Shown: piece by piece, positions 1-7,577 of the stretch
How positions within the stretch are numbered: the stretch's first letter is position 1
How the letters are laid out: every line of letters begins with the position of its first letter
Assembly: GCA_035532135.1 (NCBI GenBank)
Contig: DATKRQ010000041.1
Span: 1 to 28,846 of the forward strand
Reading direction: 5' to 3'
Length of the DNA: 28,846 nt
From: Candidatus Tyrphobacter sp.
Lineage (GTDB): Bacteria; Patescibacteriota; Minisyncoccia; UBA6257; Colwellbacteraceae
Notes under the pieces: generated by a model
Told to the model about the DNA's origin: nothing
The model's database searches: none
Seen by the model: the letters and a program-made list of their open reading frames with translations, nothing else
Position numbers and translations under genes: made by a program

Positions 1-1104
1 TGGGGACTACATCACGCTGCCGAACGCGTGCTGGCTGGATCAGCTGGTCCTAATGCCGGCGGCCCGAGAGTTTTACCAACAGAAAAACCGGGCGGCGCTC
101 CGCCGTTTACCGAACAGCCATCAGTCGGATCTAATCTGGAAAATAATATCCCGTCTGGTGGCTGGCCCACTGGAGTGGACAGTCACTTTTTCGAGGCTGT
201 CGATAAGATCCAATCCGGCGACGGCATCGAAAGAGTGGTTACAAGACATATGGAGCTTTTAGCGAAGGTGGATCCTGACACGTATGATAAAATTTCTCAG
301 AGTGTCGCCCCCGGCGAGCATCTTGATTCCGGACAAATTGCCCATCTTCTGGCCTTAAGACAGCACTTGGAAAATACCGGTTTAGCGAAGCCCGGCGGAT
401 CGATTGGCGTTTCAGCTGCTGACGGGCACATCACAATCCATAGTGAGACCTATGCTTTTCCGCCGGATAATGCTGGTTCAGTAGTTCCTTTGGATCACGC
501 TCCGGCGGCCCCGGATCACGGAGCCGTTGCTCCGGCTCCCCAGGCGCACGATGTCGCTCCTAATGCCGCCCCGACACCTCCGGCTAATAATCCTTTTGAT
601 TACACCCACATGAAACAGCCGGATCTCTTAAGAACACTTCAGGCCGAAGAGCCGGCTTTGAAAAATATCCCCGGCGGCCAAGGACTTGATAAGCGGGCCC
701 AGGATATGATCGGAGTTTTAAGCCATCAAGCTTCCGATCCGCAAATCGATTCTGCCAGAAAATTAATGGAAGACATAAATAATTTCTTTCAATCACACGG
801 CACTCACGCAAGCACGGTTAGTGTCACCTCGGAGCATATTATTACCTCAAACATTCCTGGCCTTGAAACAATTGATTTAGATAAGGCGAATCAAAGCGAT
901 CTCTTTAGGCATCTCCAGACAATAACGGAGTATTTATCCAAAAATCCCGTCGGCCATGGCAACGTAAGTCAGACCCTACTAGATAACGCGAGAGGGATAA
1001 TCAATGTTTTGAGTCAGCCGGCTGGCACGAGAATTGATCCGGCGGCTCTGGACTCGGCGAGAAATTTGATTGTTACCCTTACTGGTTTTTTGGGTAAGAA
1101 GTAA
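1..1104 (+). CDS. Hypothetical protein, C-terminal part (5' end outside the window); Pro/Ala-rich linker plus two similar C-terminal helical domains
   Basis: Frame is open from position 1 (TGG GGA CTA...) to TAA 1102-1104. No recognisable family motif. Confidence 0.7.
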   Translation, partial: WGLHHAAERVLAGSAGPNAGGPRVLPTEKPGGAPPFTEQPSVGSNLENNIPSGGWPTGVDSHFFEAVDKIQSGDGIERVVTRHMELLAKVDPDTYDKISQSVAPGEHLDSGQIAHLLALRQHLENTGLAKPGGSIGVSAADGHITIHSETYAFPPDNAGSVVPLDHAPAAPDHGAVAPAPQAHDVAPNAAPTPPANNPFDYTHMKQPDLLRTLQAEEPALKNIPGGQGLDKRAQDMIGVLSHQASDPQIDSARKLMEDINNFFQSHGTHASTVSVTSEHIITSNIPGLETIDLDKANQSDLFRHLQTITEYLSKNPVGHGNVSQTLLDNARGIINVLSQPAGTRIDPAALDSARNLIVTLTGFLGKK

Positions 1105-1140
1105 TAACAAACCAAGGTCGAGATAGAAGGTGAATCATAA

Positions 1141-1461
1141 ATGAACGAAGAATTAAAACAAAACGTAATCAAAGGGTTGGGACTGGAATTATTAACGCCC
1201 GATCAACAGGAAGATGCCCTGGATAAAATAGGCCGCCTGATCTACCAGGGGACGCTTGAGCGAGCGCTCGAAAGATTGAGTGATTCTGACTTGGATGAAT
1301 TCGAAAAGAATTTTTCCGGCGATAACGCTGATCCGGAGGCTGTTATGAGATTCCTTAAAGACAAGATTCCCGACCTTGACCGGCTTACGGAAGAAGAAGT
1401 CAAAGACTTTCGCGACAAAACTGCTGATTTTCTCTCTAAAATTAGCAACACCGCTCAATAA
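1141..1461 (+). CDS. Small acidic helical hypothetical protein (resembles the DUF5663-type proteins of CPR)
   Basis: ATG-started 106-aa ORF with pattern LGLELLTPDQQEDALDKIGRLIYQGTLERALERL. The family name is from memory and was not checked. Confidence 0.6.
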   Translation: MNEELKQNVIKGLGLELLTPDQQEDALDKIGRLIYQGTLERALERLSDSDLDEFEKNFSGDNADPEAVMRFLKDKIPDLDRLTEEEVKDFRDKTADFLSKISNTAQ

Positions 1462-1464
1462 TTT

Positions 1465-2055
1465 TTGAACGTGCCTGACGAAATCGAGCTTCTTAAAAAG
1501 GAAATCGAGCGGTTGAGGAAGCTGGCTTACAAAGACCCGCTCACTGGTTCTTTCAACCGGCGGGCCCTGATTGAGGAGGCGAACCGGATAGTCAAGGCGG
1601 TGGAGAAGTCGGAGATAGTTCATCATCGCCGCCGAAAATTCTATTTGAGCGCCTTGAGCGTCATTTTCTTGGACATCGACGATTTTAAGAAGCTTAACGA
1701 TGAATACGGCCACGAGGCGGGCGACGCGGTATTAAAGAAAGTAACCAGGCTTCTCGAGAACCACCTGAGGCAAAGCGACATTGTGGCTCGTTGGGGCGGC
1801 GAGGAATTCGCCATCGTCCTTTTGGGCGCCAACGTCGACGACGCGATGAAGGTGGCCGAACACTTACGGAGCGAAATCGAGAAAGCATCGATTACTTTCC
1901 GGGGAAAAAAATTAAAGATTACCGCCAGCTTAGGCGCGGCGGAAATCGAGCCAGGCGACGATTTGGGATCGCTCCTCAAGAAAAGCGATCAGGCGATGTA
2001 TGCCGCGAAAAAAAGCGGGAAGAATCGGGTTGTCAAATTCCCTCATTTGGACTAA
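1465..2055 (+). CDS. Diguanylate cyclase (stand-alone GGDEF domain)
   Basis: Motifs DPLTGSFNRR, DIDDFKKLNDEYGHEAGD and ARWGGEEF, with I-site RQSD. Start is TTG 1465 or GTG 1471. Confidence 0.95.
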   Translation: MNVPDEIELLKKEIERLRKLAYKDPLTGSFNRRALIEEANRIVKAVEKSEIVHHRRRKFYLSALSVIFLDIDDFKKLNDEYGHEAGDAVLKKVTRLLENHLRQSDIVARWGGEEFAIVLLGANVDDAMKVAEHLRSEIEKASITFRGKKLKITASLGAAEIEPGDDLGSLLKKSDQAMYAAKKSGKNRVVKFPHLD

Positions 2056-2086
2056 GTTGGAGAGGTTGATTTGTCTGAATTTCTTG

Positions 2087-2122
2087 GGAGGGGTCGCATA
2101 GCGGCCTAGTGCGCGCGCTTGG
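2087..2122 (+). repeat. Exact 36-bp duplicate of the tRNA-Ser(GGA) 5' half (to anticodon position 35)
   Basis: ggaggggtcgcatagcggcctagtgcgcgcgcttgg is identical at 2087-2122 and 2408-2443. Confidence 0.97.
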
Positions 2123-2156
2123 CCACCGCTGAAGCGGGGTTCCGCCGGAGGCGGAA
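2123..2156 (+). repeat. Two tandem GC-rich hairpins (REP/MITE-like)
   Basis: cc-a-ccgc-tgaa-gcgg-gg (2123-2139) and perfect ttccgcc-gga-ggcggaa (2140-2156). Confidence 0.8.
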
Positions 2157-2167
2157 AAAGCGAGATT

Positions 2168-2422
2168 ATGGCGTATTATGTTTATATAATTCAGAGCAAG
2201 AAGACGGGCCGCTATTACATCGGGCTGACGTCTGACATAGAAGAAAGATTACGGCACCATAATAGCGGCGCGAATAAATCGACTAAAGGTCGCGGCCCGT
2301 GGGTTCTGATTCACAAGGAATTATATAAGACCAAGAGAGAGGCTTGGGAGCGCGAACGTCAGATAAAAAGCTATAAGGGCGGCGAAGCATTTAAAAAATT
2401 AATCGATGGAGGGGTCGCATAG
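2168..2422 (+). CDS. Small GIY-YIG nuclease (UPF0213/YhbQ-like)
   Basis: YVYIIQS...YYIGLTSDIEERL..HNSG...WVLIHKE...EAWERERQIK carries both GIY-YIG halves and the conserved Arg and Glu. The last 15 nt overlap tRNA-Ser. Confidence 0.92.
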   Translation: MAYYVYIIQSKKTGRYYIGLTSDIEERLRHHNSGANKSTKGRGPWVLIHKELYKTKREAWERERQIKSYKGGEAFKKLIDGGVA

Positions 2423-2492
2423 CGGCCTAGTGCGCGCGCTTGGAAAGCGCGTATACCGAAAGGTATCGAGGGTTCGAATCCCTCCCCCTCCG
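2408..2492 (+). tRNA. tRNA-Ser(GGA)
   Basis: Acceptor ggagggg/cccctcc, anticodon arm cgcgc-ttGGAaa-gcgcg, long variable arm tatacc-gaaa-ggtat, T-loop ttcgaat, discriminator G. CCA not encoded. Confidence 0.97.
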
Positions 2493-2867
2493 CATATAGA
2501 AACTTCACGATTTTTCAGAGCCGCGCCGCTTCGCGGCGTTAGTGTGGGGGGAGCCGCAAATAAAAATGATAGGAAATTTTTGGGTTTTGCCCCGCGCGAG
2601 TTTGTCGAGTGCGGCCGAGGCGCAAGTGTCATTCGTCAAAATCCTGCGGATTTTGTCCGAAATACATTCGAACTTCGTCCAATACACACCGCACTTCGGT
2701 AAGCTCAGTGCGAGCACTTTGGAAAATTAGCATAAGCACTTTGGTTCGTAGTAGCCGACCTTCGCTAAATTCAGCCACTTTTTCGGTTCAAACTTCAGGG
2801 TGTCGTTCCTGTCAATCGGAGAAAATGATAGAATTGAGAGGAGAATTCTATCGAATTAACTAAATTT

Positions 2868-3873
2868 ATGAGACGCACGACAAATGTGTTTCTTGCTATT
2901 CCAATCATCATTGGGTTGTTGTATTTTCAAGCGTGGCCGACGCTGGCAGTTTCATTGAACTGCCTTACGCCAACTCAGGTTAAACAAGAGATCCAATCTA
3001 TCGAAGATGAGACTAATAATCAAGTAAGCCAAATCAAAAGCGAGTATGCGGCCATTGCTCAACAAGAGCAATCTAACACCAACGCCAACCTTTGGGCGTC
3101 TGGAATAGCTGGGAGTGGGACTGCGGCTTCGCAGATGTCAAATACGGAAACCGGAGTCATTTCCCAAGAGAGCGCTGCGATAGCAGATGCGTATTCTAAC
3201 GAACTCAATCAAGAAAACGAGATACGCAATAAAGTGTGTGGCGTCGAACAAAATGTGCAGGTGCAAGATAATTATTTATGTTCGAACGGAGAGGTGTCTT
3301 ATAACAACACGTGTATGGCTAAGTCGCTTTATGATATCGCATATTGTCGGCAAAAATATGGGCCAAGTTATACTTACTACGCAACAACTAATGTTTGTGT
3401 ACTAGCCTACTGTCCACCAAATTCCACAATGTATCAGTCTGGTTGTTGGTGTGACAAGGGATACGTGTGGAATAGTAGTTAGCCTTGCCTGTATAGGACC
3501 ACAGCGGGCGCCAGCTTCTATATTTAGCACTACAACGAGTGGAAGATCGGACAATGTGTATCAATCGAATATTCAGAAAACTTACCTCCCAACAACACCA
3601 ATAGCAACGCCTAAAACACAAATTACTACCCAAATAGGTAGGTGGGGTAAGAATGATCAATTCAAAAATGGAGTTAAACAAACAACCATCGGTGGAGTAA
3701 TGTCTAAGGGTTCGCTATCAAGTCAAGTAAATAAAATTGGAATAATTTCTGAGATACCAATTAATACTAATGTCAATATATCGCGTCCTGTATCGGATAA
3801 GTCACTAAGTATAATATCAGAAGCAAACGCTTTCGTTAGCGGACTTATGAGTAAGTTAGCTAGCCTTCTCTAG
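2868..3873 (+). pseudogene. Secreted Cys-rich (EGF-like repeats) protein split by a frameshift near 3480 (ORFs 2868-3482 and 3451-3873)
   Basis: N-terminal signal-like segment. GCWCDKGYVWNSS stops at TAG, but removing one base gives ...WNSSSLACIGPQ in the second ORF, completing the Cys motif. Visibly AT-richer than core genes. Confidence 0.65.
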
Positions 3874-3928
3874 GTTGAGGTTTGTTTTGTGTAGGGAAAC
3901 AAATTAGAAACTCAAGAAAGATCTTTAA

Positions 3929-6067
3929 TTATTCCAAGTGAAGTTCCTTTTCGAAGCTTGAGATTCTTTCCCGAAGAGCCGGATATAATTCAAGCTCCGG
4001 ATCGCTTTTCAGGATTTCCTCGGCGGCTTCGCGGGTCGATTTCACGAGAGCCGCGTCTTTCAAGGCTCGCATAGCGACATCGGGCAGGCCGGCTTGGGTT
4101 TCGCCCAGGAACTCCCCCGGGCCTCTCGTGGCTAGGTCTTTCTCGGCAAGCTCGAAACCGTTTTTGGCGGTTATAAGATGATGAAGCCGGAGCTTGGCGC
4201 CCTTCGATTCGGAGTCGGTAAAGAGAAGACAGTAGGACTGATATTCGCCTCGACCGACCCGGCCTTTGAATTGATAAAGCTGGGCTAGGCCGAAGCGGTC
4301 GGCTGATTCGATCATCATCACGGTGGCGTTCGGCACGTCGACGCCCACCTCAACAACCGATGTTGAAACCAGGATATCGATTTTCCCGTCTTTGAAGTCC
4401 CTCATTATTTTTTCTTTCTCGGCGCCTTTCATCCGGCCGTGAAGCATAGCGACTTTGAGATCGGGGAAAGTTTTCTCTCTAAGCTTCTCGTATTCCTCTT
4501 TGACTGTTTTAGTTTCGAGACTCCTTAGCTCGTCCGGCGTCCGGTAAACTTGGTTTCCTTCGGTTTCGGCTATTTCGATTCGGGGACAGATGACGAAAAC
4601 CTGTCGGCCGGATTTAACTTCGCTTCGGATGAATTCATAGGCTTTGACTCGAGATTCCGGCGGAACGATCCGGCTTATAATCGGCTTCCGGCCGTGGGGC
4701 AGTTCTTTGATAATCGAGACATCGAGATCGCCGAAAATGGCCATCATAAGCGTCCGGGGGATGGGCGTGGCTGACATGCTTAAGAAGTGAGGCACCAGCC
4801 CCGCGCGGCTACCCGAAAGAGCGGCTCGTTGCTTAACGCCGAAGCGGTGTTGTTCGTCGATAATGACGAGTCCCGGATTTTTGAATTTGACGCTCTCCTG
4901 AATCAAGGCATGGGTGCCGACGATGATTTTTATCTTATCCAGGGAAATGCCTCTTATAAGCTCTTCTTTTCTGATATCGGTCTCGAGCCCCTCGCCGTAG
5001 AAAGCCCTGGCTTCTTTGGAGACCAAAAGTCCCAGGCCGAGTTCGAAATCGCCGAAAAATTTCTTGAGCGTCTGGTAATGCTGGCGGGCCAGAATTTCGG
5101 TCGGAGCCATCAAGGCCACCTGAAAACCCGCCTCAGCTGCGATAACGGAAGCGATACCGGCCACGATGGTTTTGCCGGAGCCCACGTCGCCCTGAAGAAG
5201 CCGGTTCATCGGATGGCCCGATTCGAGATCCTGCAGAATTTCCCAAAGAGACTTTTTTTGAGAGAGGGTAAGCTCGAAGGGTAGGCGAGAAAGAATTTCC
5301 TTTGTTTTTTCGGCTTGGAATTTTATGATCGGCGCCAATTTTTTCGCCAAAGCCAGCTTCGATTTGATATTGGTGAGTTGGAGGAGAAACAGTTCCTCGA
5401 AGGCGAATCTTTTCCGAGAAGCCGCGGCCTCGGCCGGGGTTTTGGGGAAGTGGATGGCTTTGAAAGCCCTGTTTAGCTCGGGCAATTTTTCCCGGCGAAG
5501 GATTTTGGGCGGGATAAACTCGATGAGAGGCGAGAGATTTTCCAGGATCATCTCGGCGAAATATCTGATTCCCCTGGAAGTCAGGCCTCTGGTTTCGGGA
5601 TAAATCGGAACGAGCCGGCCGGTGTGTTTGGTTTTAGTCGGCCCCGCGGCGTTACTTACTTTTTCGTAAGTCGGATTGGAGAGATAGAGCTCGTTATCCC
5701 TTAAGGCGGTTTTCCCGGAAAAATTGGCGATCGCGCCTGCCTGGAGGACTTTCTTGATATAGGGCTGGTTGAACCAGACGGCCTTAATTGGTCCGGAGGC
5801 GTCTTCGAGAATGGCTTCGACGATGAACATCCGCCGCCGCCAGGTTTTTTTCACGTCAATCTCCTTTACTTCCGCCTGGATGGTTTTGGCGTCGCCCGGT
5901 TTCAAATCGGCGATTGGGGCTATTTCGCTCCAATCCTCATAGCGGCCGGGGAAGTGTTTTATAAGATCGCCGGCCGTTTCGATTCCCAGGCGTTTGAATT
6001 TAGAAAGGAATCCCGGCCCGATTTTGGGGAGATCGGAGAGGGGAGTGTCGACTGGAATCTTGGGCAT
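3929..6067 (-). CDS. recG: ATP-dependent DNA helicase RecG
   Basis: LLQGDVGSGKT, DEQHRFG, SATPIPRT, QFKGRVGRG and N-terminal wedge/OB domain. Start moved to ATG 6067 because the longer ORF begins inside tRNA-Lys. Confidence 0.97.
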   Translation of the reverse strand: MPKIPVDTPLSDLPKIGPGFLSKFKRLGIETAGDLIKHFPGRYEDWSEIAPIADLKPGDAKTIQAEVKEIDVKKTWRRRMFIVEAILEDASGPIKAVWFNQPYIKKVLQAGAIANFSGKTALRDNELYLSNPTYEKVSNAAGPTKTKHTGRLVPIYPETRGLTSRGIRYFAEMILENLSPLIEFIPPKILRREKLPELNRAFKAIHFPKTPAEAAASRKRFAFEELFLLQLTNIKSKLALAKKLAPIIKFQAEKTKEILSRLPFELTLSQKKSLWEILQDLESGHPMNRLLQGDVGSGKTIVAGIASVIAAEAGFQVALMAPTEILARQHYQTLKKFFGDFELGLGLLVSKEARAFYGEGLETDIRKEELIRGISLDKIKIIVGTHALIQESVKFKNPGLVIIDEQHRFGVKQRAALSGSRAGLVPHFLSMSATPIPRTLMMAIFGDLDVSIIKELPHGRKPIISRIVPPESRVKAYEFIRSEVKSGRQVFVICPRIEIAETEGNQVYRTPDELRSLETKTVKEEYEKLREKTFPDLKVAMLHGRMKGAEKEKIMRDFKDGKIDILVSTSVVEVGVDVPNATVMMIESADRFGLAQLYQFKGRVGRGEYQSYCLLFTDSESKGAKLRLHHLITAKNGFELAEKDLATRGPGEFLGETQAGLPDVAMRALKDAALVKSTREAAEEILKSDPELELYPALRERISSFEKELHLE

Positions 6068-6124
6068 ATCGGATATCTTACACCAAAAAGCACCCGGAAG
6101 ACGATCGGGCGCAAGTTTATTTTG

Positions 6125-6197
6125 TCCACCCACCAGGGCTCGAACCTGGGACCGTTTGCTTAAGAGGCAACTGCTCTACCAACTGAGCTATGGGTGG
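6125..6197 (-). tRNA. tRNA-Lys(CTT)
   Basis: Minus strand ccaccca-tagctcagttggtagagca-gttgc-ctCTTaa-gcaaa...ccagg-ttcgagc-cctgg-tgggtgg-a. Confidence 0.95.
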
Positions 6198-6206
6198 TTG
6201 GGTGGA

Positions 6207-6235
6207 AGTATATCAAAGTGAAAAAGAGTCCGCAA
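6207..6235 (-). promoter_or_regulatory. Sigma70-type promoter for tRNA-Lys
   Basis: TTGCGG-17 nt-TATACT with TGn extension, about 10 nt upstream of the tRNA. Confidence 0.65.
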
Positions 6236-6241
6236 TTGAGT

Positions 6242-6826
6242 TTAGCCGATAATCTTTAGGAGGGAACTCAAGGCCACTGGCAGTTCAAGTAGTTTATCGT
6301 CGCTCGTGCTGAAGTGACCCATTTGGTGTTCGGCGATGATTTCCGAACCGAGTTTTTCTTTAAAGTCTTCTTGATTTTCAAGGGGAACGAAGGGGTCGTT
6401 ATCGGAAAAAACAGCGATGCTCTTTTTAAGATGTGATTTAACCTTGCTTAGATCGATCGGGGTATCAAGCCATTCACGCTCTACTTCTTTTTCTTCGGCG
6501 CCTTCTCCGATATTAGTCAGCTCCTTGAAGAAACCAGCCACAAAAACGGCGCCGCCGACCATTGCTCCGTCTGGCGGGGCTTCGAGGTAGCGGGCGATTG
6601 CTTGGCAGCCCATACTATGTCCCAGAAAATATGTTCGTTCGTCTGGCGATCCGACGGCTTCCGAGATTTTCGAAATCCACTTATCAATCTCGGGCTTTTC
6701 CGGCTGTGGGAGTTGGGGAACATAAACCTCGAAGCCCTTGCCTTCCAGCTCTCTTTTTAGCCAAGGAAACCAGTCGTCTTCGGGATGACCGCCCCAGCCG
6801 TGAATTATAAAGATCCGTTTGTTCAT
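6242..6826 (-). CDS. Alpha/beta hydrolase, RBBP9/YdeN family
   Basis: IIHGWGG..DWFPWL, GHSMG nucleophile elbow, SDNDPFV, GHF. Confidence 0.92.
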   Translation of the reverse strand: MNKRIFIIHGWGGHPEDDWFPWLKRELEGKGFEVYVPQLPQPEKPEIDKWISKISEAVGSPDERTYFLGHSMGCQAIARYLEAPPDGAMVGGAVFVAGFFKELTNIGEGAEEKEVEREWLDTPIDLSKVKSHLKKSIAVFSDNDPFVPLENQEDFKEKLGSEIIAEHQMGHFSTSDDKLLELPVALSSLLKIIG

Positions 6827-7335
6827 AATTCTAGAATCTTGTTGAAAAATTCCAGCTTCTTTTTAGTATATTCTCGCTGCGACAAGCCATCAGACTTAAT
6901 CTTAAGTTGTTCATATTCGTTTTTAAGATTCGGATTACTTTCTAATAAAATCTGTGTATTCATTTGCATCTGAATTTCTGGAGTAAGACTAGAGGTTAGA
7001 TATATGTCTATCAGAAAATCTTTGTATATAAATTCCCATCTAGCCATCTTTTTCTCGGGTTCGATTTTGGTTGTATCCCCAAAAAGATGTTTAATGATTA
7101 GAACAGAATTCTCAAATTGATCACCCACCAACACACCCAAATCAATATCGTTTTCGCCAGCTATGCCTAATTTCGATGACCCAAGATAAATAATCCTTGC
7201 TTTAGGAATAGCATTATTAATTTTATTAATTACCTCATCGGCAATGTTTAGAACGTTTGGATCAAATGGAACTATTTTAACCGTTTTTTCTTGCGGGATT
7301 GTGTTTATATATTTTTCTTGATTTTTAGTAAGCAT
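6823..7335 (-). CDS. GrpB-like nucleotidyltransferase (Pol-beta superfamily fold)
   Basis: YLGSSKLGIAGENDIDLGV motif and C-terminal YEQLK...YTKKKLEF. Very AT-rich. ATGA overlap with the downstream hydrolase. Start set at ATG 7335, 12 nt after the tRNA 3' half. Confidence 0.75.
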   Translation of the reverse strand: MLTKNQEKYINTIPQEKTVKIVPFDPNVLNIADEVINKINNAIPKARIIYLGSSKLGIAGENDIDLGVLVGDQFENSVLIIKHLFGDTTKIEPEKKMARWEFIYKDFLIDIYLTSSLTPEIQMQMNTQILLESNPNLKNEYEQLKIKSDGLSQREYTKKKLEFFNKILEL

Positions 7336-7346
7336 GGCTTGGTTTG

Positions 7347-7525
7347 TGTCCCCGGCAGGAATCGAACCCGCAACCTCTTGGTTCCCCGCCTGCCTTTGCC
7401 GTGCCCCCGGAGGGACTCGAACCCCCAATGATTGCTTCGAAGGCAACTATGATATCCATTTCACCACGGGGGCAAATTACGGCGGGCAGGGAAGCCAAGC
7501 GCTCTATCCGTTGAGCTACGGGGAC
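7347..7525 (-). tRNA. Interrupted tRNA-Arg (joined anticodon most simply TCG): 5' half 7491-7525, 3' half 7347-7384, 106-nt insert at 35/36
   Basis: Halves gtccccgtagctcaacggatagagcgcttggcttc and gaaccaagaggttgcgggttcgattcctgccggggaca join to a 73-nt cloverleaf with A20, C35 and A73 (Arg identity). The exact junction is slightly ambiguous because of C/G runs. Confidence 0.88.
7402..7473 (-). tRNA. tRNA-Arg(TCG), intact, nested inside the interrupted tRNA-Arg
   Basis: gcccccg-tg-gtgaaatggatatcat-a-gttgc-ctTCGaa-gcaat-catt-ggggg-ttcgagt-ccctc-cgggggc-a (72 nt). Confidence 0.95.
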
Positions 7526-7577
7526 ATTGAGGCGACAATTCGAAAATCTTTATAAATTTAGGTTATAATGCCCTTAA

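Noticed and set aside
6068-6133. Longer recG start in the ORF track
   Set aside because: It begins inside tRNA-Lys, whereas ATG 6067 has a -10 box 7 nt upstream.
7336-7446. N-terminal extension of the GrpB-like ORF (MPSKQSLGVRVPP...)
   Set aside because: It is only the translation of the nested tRNA sequences. The AT-rich coding signal begins at ATG 7335.
7380-7495. Bulge-helix-bulge or group I intron explanation for the tRNA-Arg insert
   Set aside because: Pairing around the junction is nearly continuous with no paired 3-nt bulges, and 106 nt mostly filled by a tRNA leaves no room for a group I core.
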